DNA of 64,000 bases, taken from positions 6,200,001-6,264,000 of the forward strand of contig CATNEN010000039.1 of the NCBI GenBank assembly GCA_950097015.1, given 5' to 3'. Below the pieces are notes generated by a model. That model saw nothing but the letters and a program-made list of their open reading frames with translations, was not told where the DNA came from and did no database searches. Below, one piece after another: positions 49,201 through 61,200 of the stretch (position 1 is its first letter; each line of letters starts with the position of its first letter). The position numbers were made by a program, and so were the translations under genes. Source of the stretch: Macrostomum hystrix. Its lineage: Eukaryota > Animalia > Platyhelminthes.

Positions 49201-52200
49201 GGCCTTGCTAATCCCCAGCCCCTCCCATTCCTCAGGCCTTGCTGACCCTGACCTTCCCGAAGCCGGACCATTCCCAGCAGCTGCTTCGAGCAGCCAAAGC
49301 ACAGCCCTCTGTAGCAGACTAGAAGATAAATGATAAATTAACACGATGGAAAAGGGAATCGAATTTCCAGGTACACAGATCTGCAGTCTGAACCCACCTC
49401 ACTCCCCAGCTCTTTGATCCCAGCCGGGTAAACATCCCAGCTTCCCAGTTAGTAGCAGCCGATTCCTATCCGCAACCTGAGCTAATCGTGCTACAGATTA
49501 GGGCGGACTAAAATTTGGGATTTTAATCCTGGGCAGTTTTTTAAATTGCAACAGCGGCGATGGCCGCGGGGTTGGAGAAAGGGAATATGTTTCTGTATAG
49601 GCCAGCCTAACCATTATTATTTTTATCCCATGTTCCCGGGCAGTACAAAGCACCAATGGCCAGTTGAGACAAGATAAAACTATATCCCTATCATCTCCCT
49701 ATTGCCCAGTTTGAAACACAACAAATCCGCAAGCCAGGCCTCGGCGGAGCTAATCATCAACTAGCTAAACTATCTGTGTCCGCAATCCGACATGGGTAGG
49801 ATAGGCCTGCGAAACTCCTAAATCTCCTGATCTCTTTCTCTGTTGAAGCGTTGAAAAATCTAACACTTTGAGTACTTCGGGCTTTGAAAGTGTACTTGAA
49901 ACTGAAACACTTTAAAGGCTCCAAAGCCTTTCGAAATCTAACAAGGTCTAAAATCTAAAATCTACAACTTCAGATTCAAAATCTACAACTTCAGATTCCA
50001 AATCTACAACTTCAGATTCAAAATCTACAACTTCAGATTCAAAATCTACAACTTTAGATTCAAAATCTACAACTTCAGATTCCAAATCTACAACTTTAGA
50101 TTCAAAATCTACAACTTCAGATTCAAAATCTACAACTTCAGATTCCAAATCTACAACTTCAGATTCAAAATCTACAACTTTAGGTGCCAATCTACATCTT
50201 CAGGTTCAAAATCAGCCACCCTCAGTCCCCCAGTATCGCCCATACCCGGTACTCACCGCGTGAAACAGCCGCAGTGGCGCAGCAGGTCGACCATGGCCAC
50301 GCCGATCATGCCGTCAACATTGAGAATGAGGTTGGGCTTCTTGCTGGTTGTGATTTTCTCAACTTCCAGCGCGTAGTGCAGCATCGGACACGCGGGAAAA
50401 TTCTCCAGAACAAATTTCTTGAGAATTTCCACTCGCATATCCGGATTGTTGATAGACTTGACCCGATGCCCGATGCCCATGATCAGCTCGCCGCGCTTGC
50501 GCATCTCGTTCACAAACTCCATGGCGATCATGCCAGTGTCCAGGCCGTGGCTGAACTGCTTGGCGGCGCCGTCCAAAGCACCGCCGAATCTATCGCCGAT
50601 GGTCAGGAGGCCGGAGGTCAGGCAGGAGACCAGGTCCTTGCCGGCACGGGCGCACACGATGGTGTTGTGAGCGCCGGAAACAGCGGGACCATGGTCCGCT
50701 GCGGGATGACGATGGGGAAGTAGAGAAAGCCTTGAAGGCACTGAGAAGAGGGATCTCAAACTCCTGAAGTCGCTGAGAAGAGGGATCTCAAACTCCTGAA
50801 GGCACTGAGTAAGAGGACCTGAAGGAAGCTAGGAGAGGACCTGAAGGAAGCTAGGAGAGGACCTGAAGGAAGCTAGGAGAGGACCTGAAGGAAGCTAGGA
50901 GAGGACCTGAAGGAAGCTAGGAGAGGACCTGAAGGAAGCTAGGAGAGGACCTGAAGGAAGCTAGGAGAGGACCTGAAGGAAGCTAGGAGAGGACCTGAAG
51001 GAAGCTAGGAGAGGACCTGAAGGAAGCTAGGAGAGGACCTGAAGGAAGCTAGGAGAGGACCTGAAGGAAGCTAGGAGAGGACCTGAAGGAATCTGGGAGT
51101 CAACTCAGTTGGAAGAATATTTTAAGGATTTAAAATAATGGATGAGAAGAGAGGTCTAAAAGATTCTCCTATGAAGCAATCTCACATTGGCTAACAAGAC
51201 GCAGTAGACAAGTGAGGTCAGTTCCACAAAGTAGATTTCATATCTTGGCTAGCTAATGCAGATTTCAGATCTTATGCATGCTTCGGACGGCTAAGAAATT
51301 ATAGAATTAAAAATGCAGATTTTCGACAAAGAAATCAACTATTGCAAAAATACGAGCATACAAATTTACTAGAATCTTGCATGAGAAATTAGACTCAACA
51401 ATAATTAAGGGAAATACGCAGCTCGATGTATAATATGAGATATGGCTTGGAAGCGGTGCTTGAGACAGATGAGCATAGATGTGAGTCCTATGCTCAGCTT
51501 TACAAGGAAAGGGAAGAGAACACATGAATAATGAATGAGCAAGAAACGGCTGCAATCATATACAACAGCATATTATCCGCATTGCAATGGCCCTAATGTT
51601 GCATTGCAATTAGGGATTATATAAAATACTGGATTAAGAAACTGGACAACTGGAAACAAAAATCTTAAACGATTAAGCAAGAGTTACTGGGTTAGAAGAG
51701 AGTGAATTGATTGTTGGAGTGAGTGACAAGTGGAGTCTCATGGGGTGAGACTGAACGAGAAGTGGAGTCTCATGGGGTGAGACTGAACGAGAAGTGGAGT
51801 CTCATGGGGTGAGACCGAATGAGAAGTGGAGTCTCATGGGGTGAGACTGAACGAGAAGTGGAGTCTCATGGGGTGAGACTGAACGAGAAGTGGAGTCTCA
51901 TGGGGTGAGACTGAACGAGAAGTGGAGTCTCATGGGGTGAGACCGAATGAGAAGTGGAGTCTCATGGGGTGAGACTGAACGAGAAGTGGAGTCTCATGGG
52001 GTGAGACTGAACGAGAAGTGGAGTCTCATGGGGTGAGACTGAACGAGAAGTGGAGTCTCATGGGGTGAGACTGAACGAGAAGTGGAGTCTCATGGGGTGA
52101 GACCGAATGAGAAGTGGAGTCTCATGGGGTGAGACCGAATGAGAAGTGGAGTCTCATGGGGTGAGACTGAATGAGATGAAGTCTCACATCTAGGGAATGT

Positions 52201-55200
52201 AGTCTCATGGGTTGGGACCAGTTGCATAAGGTGCCCAACCCCGTCTCACCGGTGATGATGAGGCACATCTCGATGAACTTGCAGGCGTACTTGGGCAGTC
52301 GCCGCTGGAACCAGAGCAGAGAGAGGACGCCGCCGATGCCGAAGTCGCGGTTGATGATCTCGGTGATGGGCACGCCGGCGTACAGCAGCTCCTGGCCGCG
52401 CTCGTCGCAGATGGACGTCATAAAGGAGCTGGGCTTCCTGATGAGGCCCAGTTCTCGAGCCCAGCTGTAGTCCATCGGCACGGTCGGGGGCGCCGGCTCC
52501 ACGCGGGGCACGATTGTGCCGCGAGCCACCAAATCACTGTAGACGCGCCGGATTGTCTCACCCAGCTGGTCGAAGCTGGCCGGTACGTGGGCGCCCGCGG
52601 CTGCCAGGGCGGCGTTCTTGGCCGCGGCGGTCTCTTCGCCGGAGTTGGCGCAGGCCCCGGCGTGGCCGAACTGGACCTGAAAGATATGTAGGGAGATATC
52701 TAGGGAGATGAAGGGAGATGTTGGTAGATGTCTAATGGATTGTAGACAGACATCGACAGAAATGTAGGCAGAAATCTGTGGAGATGTAGGGGAGATACAC
52801 CTGGACGTGTAAAATGGATGTTGGGGCATATCTAGGGTAAGTAGGGAGATATCTAGGCTATGTAGGGAGATATCTAGGCTATGTAGGGAGATATCTAGGG
52901 TATGTAGGGAGATATCTAGGGTATGTAGGGAGATATCTAGGGTATGTAGGGAGATATCTAGGGTATGTAGGGAGATATCTAGGGTAAGTAGGGAGATATC
53001 TAGGGTAAGTAGGGAGATATCTAGGGCAAGTAGGGAGATATCTAGGCTATGTAGAGAAATATGTAGGGTATGTAGGGAGATATCTAGGGAATGTAGGGAG
53101 ATATCTAGCGAATGTAGGGAGATATCTAGGGTATGTAAGGAGATATCTAGGGTACGTAGGGAGATATCTAGGGTATGTAGGGAGATATCTAGGGAATGTA
53201 GGGAGATATCTAGGGAATGTAGGGAGATATCTAGGGAATGTAGGGAGATATGAAGCGACAGAAGAGGTGGGTGGGTGTATGCAAGGCGCATAGAGACGCA
53301 GGGTATTAGTGTCGGCACCTCTGAGCCGAGCAGGCCAGCGCAGGTGCCGATGCACCAGGCCACCATCGGCTTGGTGATGCGGCCGTCGCGCAGGGCTTCG
53401 GCGATGCGCCACTCCTCGCGGCCGCCAACTTCGCCGAGCACCACCAGCATGTGAGCGCCAGGATCAGCCTGGTAGCGCAGCAGGTGGTCCAGGAAGGTAG
53501 AGCCGGGATAGCGATCGCCGCCGATAGCCACGCCTTCGTGAACACCGTCGGCGTTGAGCGCGACTATGTTATTGAGCTCGTTGGACATGCCGCCGCTGCG
53601 GGACACGTAGGCGACGGAGCCCGGCCTGTACAGCTTGGAGCTCAGGATGTTGTCCATCATGCCGCCGGTGTTGCCAATCTTGAAGCAGCCGGGTTTGATG
53701 CCACCAACAGTGGCCGGCCCGATGATTGTCACGGACTTCTCGGCGGCTTTGAGAGCCAGGCACCGGCTAAGATTCTCCGGTATGCCCTCGGCGATGATGG
53801 CGATGACGCGAATCTGCGGGAACTGCAGCGCCTCTATTGTGCTGTCGTAGGCTGAGCGCAGCGAGGCGAAGTTCACCATGACAGTGGCGTCTGGGTGCTT
53901 GCGCATTGCGTCACCCATTTGCTTGTAGACTGGGATTAGGATCTCATTGTGGCCCCAGTAGTACTTCTGTTTGTGGTCGCCGCTGCGGGAAATATACAAA
54001 ACTTTAATAAGAATTACCGTTTTCCACGGTAATTTTTACGTAGAAATGGATTTTTCTAATAGTTTTTTGTTTTCGCGACTTTTTAATACGAATTTTCCAC
54101 TATTTGTAATCTACGGGAAGTTTCCACAGTTGCCGTTCGACTGGAATTTTCCACTTTGATCGTTCTATGGGAAATTTCCATTGTTATCGTTCGACAGGAA
54201 TTTTTCACAATTTTTGCTCTATGGGAAATTTTCACTGTTATCGTTCGACTGAAATTTTCCACTTTGATCATTCTACTGAGTTTTCCACCATTATTTTTCT
54301 ACTGGAAGTTTCCACTATTATCATTCTATGGGAAATTTCCACTATTATCGCTCTATGGGAAATTTCCAGTATTATCGCTCTATGAGAAATTTCCAGTATT
54401 ATCGCTCTATGGGAAATTTCCAGTATTATCGCTCTATGAGAAATTTCCACTATTATCGCTCTATGGGAAATTTCCACTATTATCGCTCTATGGGAAATTT
54501 CCACTATTATCGCTCTATGGGAAATTTCCACTATTATCGCTCTATGGGAAATTTCCACTATTATCGCTCTATGGCAAATTTCCACTGTTATCGTTCTACT
54601 GGAATTTTTCACAATTATTTGTCTACTTGTATTTTCCACTATTATCGTTCTATGTAAAGTTTCCATAGTTTACTGATAGGAAATTCTGCTATCATTATCT
54701 TTCATTATAAATTGTCGAAGACTTTTTGGTAAAATATGATTTTTTGTGATTAACTAGAAAACTGAATTTTCTGGATTACCCCAGTATTGGAATTTTCTTT
54801 GATAAACTCAATCAGTAATTTTCAATTGATTACTTGAAATGAAATTGGAAATTTGAATACGAAACAAAAACCAAGTCTAGACTGCATTTAATTAGCTTAA
54901 AATGCGAGAAACATCAACAAGAAGCGAGGTGGCAAATCAGACTCACACAAACGGATAGACAATAGCGACCACGGAAGGCTCGCGACGAGAGCAGACAAAG
55001 TCAAAGTCCAGGCAGTTCTGCACCGAGCGCTGCTGCATGCCCCAGACGATGCATTTGGTGCCTGAGTTGAATAGGGGAGCGCTGGGGCCGCCGCGACCAT
55101 TGTCCAAAGATTCCAAAGGCTGCGCGGTGCGGTTTTAAACAGAAGGGCATCTTATTCATCAGAGTCAAGACTAAATAATCTTTCCAACAAAAAGTGACGA

Positions 55201-58200
55201 TTTAAAAACTTTCACAGAATTTCAGCTTGAACACATTCTAATCACAAAGTCAGAATTTGAGCACATTCATAGCAGAGTCGCGATTTGAGCACATTCCTAT
55301 CACAAAGCCGGGATTTGAGCACATTCCTATCACAGAGCCGGGATTTGAGCACATTCCTATCACAGAGCCAGGATTTGAGCACATTCCAATCACAGAGTTA
55401 GAATTTGGGCACATTCATAGCAGAGTCGCGATTTGAGCACATTCCAATCACAGAGCCAGGATTTGAGCACATTCCAATCACAGAGTTAGAATTCGAGCAC
55501 ATTCATAGCAGAGTCGCGATTTGAGCACATTCCTATCACAGAGCCAGGATTTGAACACATTCCAATCACAGAGTTGGAATTTAAGCACATTCATAACAGA
55601 GTCGCGATTTGAGCACATTCCTATCACAGAGCCGGGATTTGAGCACATTCCTATCACAGAGCCGGGATTTGAGCACATTCCTATCACAGAGCCGGGATTT
55701 GAGCACATTCCTATCACAGAGCCGGGATTTGAGCACATTCCAATCACAGAGTCAGGATTTGAGCATATTATTAACGATTGAATTGTGAGAGTAAAAATGA
55801 ATAGTGTAGTGTAGTAAGATTCTATGAAACTGTGAACGGCAGGTAAAACTGAAATATTACGAGTAGATGAACAAGGCAGGCTTCACGGGTTAATTTAGCC
55901 ATGTCTTCAATTATTAAACAACGAGCTCTTCTTTTCTAACTGAAGCAAAGCAAAACGAATCGCCGAAAACAAACGTACTGAAAAAATGCCTGCTAAATTA
56001 ACTCACTGGCTGTCGCAAAAGTTTATTTAAAAAAAACTACATAAAATCTAATAACAGAACTGAACAATGAGAACCAGAGAACCCTCCGAGGCAGGATCTC
56101 AACAGGAGAAATGCACAACTAACAATAGGGATCCAGAAATAGATGGCAAACTATTGAACTGTGACACAACTGAAAAACACCGCCGGGCCGGATTCGTAGC
56201 GAAAGATGGCGGGTTGTTTGGGAAAGCAGATAAACTGGGAGGCAATCAAACGACTCGCTGGCTGAGTAGTCTCAAACAAATATCAGCAGCCAGCGAGTCA
56301 CAACTGATTTCGTATGAGAATCGGACAAGATGCAAAGCAGACTGTGGGGTAGAGACTCATCAAACGAAAATGATAATACTAGTGAGGTGAGGATCGGGGT
56401 GAGGGTAATTTAAGAGGCAGGGTGGGAATCTCATGAAAGTCAGGGTTAGAGTCCGGGTGGGAGTCCGGGTGGGAGTCAGGGTGAGAGTCAGTGTGGGAGT
56501 GAGGGTGAGAGTCCGGGTGGGTCAGGGTGGGACTAAGGTGAGAGTCAGGGTAGGAGTCAGGGTGAGAGTCGAGGTGAGAGTCTGGGTAGGAGCCAGGGTG
56601 AGAGTCGGGGTGAGAGTCAGTTTGAGAGTCCGGGTGAGAGTCAGGGTAGGAGTCAGGATGAGAGTCGGGGTGAGAGTCCGGGTAGGAGCCAGGGTGAGAG
56701 TTGGGGTGAGAGTCAGGTTGAGAGTCCGGGTGGGAGTCAGGGTGAGAGTCGGGGTGAGAGTCTGGGTGAGAGTCCGGGTAGGAGTCAGGGTGAGAGTCCG
56801 GGTGAGAGTCGGGGTGAGAGTCCGGGTGAGAGTCAGGGTGGGAGTCAGGGTGAGAGTCATATTGAGAGTCCGGGTAGGAGTCAGGGTGAGAGTCAGGGTG
56901 AGAGTCGGGGTAGGAGCCAGGGTGAGAGTCGGGGTGAGAGTCAGGTTGAGAGTCCGGGTTAGAGTCAGGGTGAGAGTCGGGGTGAGAGTCCGGGTTAGAG
57001 TCAGGGTGAGAGTCGGGGTGAGAGTCGGGGTGAGAGTCTGGGTGAGAGTCCGGGTAGGAGTCAGGGTGAGAGTCCGGGTGAGAGTCAGGTTGAGAGTCGG
57101 GGTGAGAGTCGGGGTGAGAGTCGGGGTGAGAGTCTGGGTAAGAGTCAGGTTGAGAGTCGGGGTGAGAGTCAGGATCAGAGTCAGTCCATGTGAGATAAGG
57201 ATAGACAGAGGGGAGACAATTTACCACGGAGTTGAGGTTGAACAAAGGCCGTACAAAGCCAGTACTGATGCTGGTATATCTAGCTGGTGTGCTGCTGATG
57301 CTCCGCTGCAGCGTGAGCAATGGCGGCTGTCTCTGCTGTGCCTTTGTCTTTCATAGAATTGCAAAGGCCATTGATGCGAACACAGATTAGAAAGAAAGAA
57401 GGAAAAGCATATGAGAAAAGCAAAGCAGAGAAAAAAAAATTTCCCGTATTATAAAACAATTAGCTGGCCCTCACCAACCAATAATGTAACTGATTTTGAC
57501 GCATTTTTTCAGCCGAAACCAGATCCGACTATTGGCTAAACTGGCAGTATTATAGTTCTACCAACTGCTTAGGCCTAGACCAGTCTCATAAGCGGTTGGT
57601 GTTTACACAATGGTCAAACAGGCATCTGCTCCTGTGCTCACGCGCGACAAAGCCAAAAATAAGGTAAGATAGAGAGAGAGAACTCCTGAGTCTATGCTCA
57701 GAGTCCGGCAAGGAAAATGGCCAAAAGCTAGATCAGATGCTTGTTCGTCTGGTTTAGCTAGCAAAAGAAGAAAATTTTTTCAACTTCTTACGCAGTCCAA
57801 CAAATTGCTGCCATCTGGTGGCTCCAACCTTATTACAGCCTCCAACTAAACAAGGCGAGGACACGGGAAGTACTCTCACTCACTAGCAGGGCCACCGAGC
57901 CCTTACTTAACTGGTTTTGGTGAGCTCAGAATAAAACACACTAAGGGAGGCGGAGAATACACGAGAAATCTTAGACGGAGGCTGTGGCGCGTGGGATTGG
58001 ACATGTAGCTGTGAATATAGTAACTGGAGAGACAACTACCCATGAAATGCTCATGTTGCGGAGCAGTTAAATTTGACTGGCTGTCCCACACTGGGCTAAT
58101 AGGCAACTCGGATGCACTACTAGGAGAAAACCTCGGGTAACTTCCGTTCCGTTCAATCGATTTTTAAATTATGTATAGTTTGATTGAGAAAATAATAATA

Positions 58201-61200
58201 GCAATAAAAATTAATTACACATGTCCCAATTGGGCCAGATGTGCAGCCGACAGCACAGCCGCAGCTATTGCGCGGCGCATCTGAAGGCCGCGTACGGCTG
58301 TTCAGTCCATGGACTGGATACTAAACTGAACTTCAGCTCACTAGCTAAAACAGGCAGACATATAAGCTTAAGCTATAATGTAGATAAATGATTAAACTAT
58401 ATGAAAAATTGTTTTAAAATCGGTTAAAAAAGTGAGTTATCAGTGATTTTCTCTAAGTATTGCATCAGAATTACCTATCTGGTCAGTGTCAATGGTGGAT
58501 GTGAGGGTGAGAGTCGGGTGAGAGTCGGGTGAGAGTCAGAGTGGGACTCAGGTGAGAGTCAGGTGAGAGTCAGGTAAGAGTCAGGTTAGATTCAGGTGAG
58601 AGTCAGGTGAGAGTCAGAGTGGGACTCAGGTGAGATTCAGGTGAGAGTCAGGTGAGATTCAGGTGAGATTCAGGTGAGATTCAGGTGAGAGTCAGGTGAG
58701 TGTCAGGTGAGAGTCAGGTAAGACACAGATAAGAGTCAGGTAAGAGTCAGGTGAGATTCAGGTGAGATTCAGGTGAGAGTCAGGTGAGAGTCAGGTGAGG
58801 TTCAGGTGAGAGTCAGGTGAGGTTCAGGTGAGAGTCAGGTGAGTGTCAGGTAAGAGTCAGGTTAGATTCAGGTGAGAGTCAGGTGAGAGTCAGAGTGGGA
58901 CTCAGGTGAGATTCAGGTGAGAGTCAGGTGAGATTCAGGTGAGAGTCAGGTGAGTGTCAGGTGAGAGTCAGGTAAGACACAGGTAAGAGTCAGGTGAGAG
59001 TCAGGTGAGAGTCACAGGCAGTCTGCCTGTACTGGTCTGGGAAATGGGGAATTGACGGGGGGTGGGTCTCTTCGCGGTCTATGTTCAGGGCTCCATGGAT
59101 TGGTGCAGACCTCTCAACTTCGTGGAAAGACGTGACAATCTCCTAAATTTCAAGCCGTGAGTTATTTCTTATAAGGCGACAAAGAGCACTTTTAAAAGCT
59201 GATTTATGGTTATTTAAAATATATATAAATTTCTACACAAATAATAGGACTAGGCCAGTCTAAAAGCTAAATAAAAAAACAACATTGATCGAATAGGCAA
59301 AATAGTTCCCATTGAAATTACCGCTGGCCTCTCCGAGGCGGTACGCATTGGGGGGGCGTCGGCAGCAAAGGCGGTTGGCTGCAAAATAGGCGCATTTTAG
59401 GGGAATTCGCTCGAAAATCTCAGATCAATGATATCGGGATAAATAATATGAGAAAAACAGTAGGGCACTCATCAGGGGCTAATTGAAAACTCGCTCTTTG
59501 GTAGCAAAGTCTGTTGGATATAAACAAGAACGACTGCGATGGGATTTTTCCGGTAACCAACTGAAATTCATCATGGAATTTTCCAATACATGAAATTCAT
59601 CATGGAATTTTCCAATACATGAAATTCATCATGGAATTTTCCAATAACTGAAATGCATCATGGAATTTTCCTATAACTGAAATTCATCATGGAATTTTCC
59701 TATAACTGAAATTTATCATGGAATTTTCCTATAACTGAAATTCATCATGGAATTTTCCTATAACTGAAATTCATCATGGAATTTTCCTATAACTGAAATT
59801 CATCATGGAATTTTCCAATAACTGAAATTCATCATGGAATTTTCCAATAACTGAAATTCATCATGGAATTTTCCAATAACTGAAATTCATCATGGAATTT
59901 TCCAATAACTGAAATTCATCATGGAATTTTCCAGTTCCTGAAAAAAATCTGGTATTTTTTTATAACTGAAAATCGGTTGCCGCAAAACGCAACGACAAAC
60001 TCACCGCCCCAGAAGTAGAACAGGCGCTTTCGCTATTGGCGGTGGCGCCGGCAGCGGAGGCGGCGGCCACGGTGGCGGAATTCTCAGAGGTGGGCAGCAG
60101 AAAGTTGGCGGTGGTAGCCTGCGGCGCCACATCCGGCTTGCTGGGAATGGCCCGCTTGCCCAGAGCCATGCCGACAATGGCCGTCATGTGAGTCTCAGGG
60201 CCGAACACGTGGATTTGAACGCCGAGATTCTCACCTGGGATGCAATGCGCGGTACGATGTTAAAGCCTTTGGGGATTCTCAGGGGAATCCTAAATCTATT
60301 TTAAGCAACGAAACCCACGGGAATAACATTTAGTGACAAATCTTAGGGGAATCCCAAATCCTTAGTAATCACACTCAGTTGCAAATCTCTGGGAAGTGAC
60401 CTATGATTTGTAGGGGATAATATTTTGGGAATTTTATTGTTGCTTCCACATAACAAAACTAGACTAGATTAACTGTGAAATCTTCATCACTTTAACGAAC
60501 CTTTCCAAAGAGAATATTTGCAAATAAGTATTAACTTTTTTAATAAAAATAATATAATAATATAAAAATAATTTTAATAAAATAAAAAACTATAATAATA
60601 ATTGATTACACCGGCACCAATTGGGCCAGATGTGCAGCCGACAGCACAGCCGCAGCTATTGCGCGGCGCATCTGAAGGCCGCGTACGGCTGTTCAGTCCA
60701 TGGACTGGGGGACGCCACATCCACCTTTAATTATCCCAGCTAATGATGGTACCCATGGGTGAACTGAAGCAATGCAGAGTTAAGTGCCTTGCTAAAGGAC
60801 ACAAACTGTTTCAGTGGAGTCGGCCTTCCAGTGGAGTAAACCCCCGACCTTCAAGTGATGAGTCCGACGCCCTAACCTCTAGGCTACAACCTCTTCTTAT
60901 AGTGAATTGACCTTACATTGAAATCGAGTATGATCAAGTATAATTGAGTATGGCGGTATAATTAAGAAGGACGTTAAACGTAATCCCAAAATACCTATGA
61001 GGAAAAATGGATCGTAAATGAAACTTAAGGAAATTACTCTGAATCTGAAAACTAAGGAGTTGGAAAGCAAAAATAGAGAGAGAAAAAGGAAACTCGAGCA
61101 GCCTAATAGGAGGCCCATGCTAAAATCCTAATTGGGATCCTAGGAAATCCCTAAGTTAGAAATCGAATGTCTGTGAATTTGCCGGCACAATGCCCTCAGC

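Noticed and set aside
56379-57224. (DSHP)n and (VR)n ORFs
   Set aside because: Translations of the 12-bp array; only the unique segment 57347-57225 is kept as an exon candidate
59020-59142. Additional ACLY cassette exon starting [11 protein letters not shown]
   Set aside because: Acceptor is plausible but I found no phase-0 GT donor
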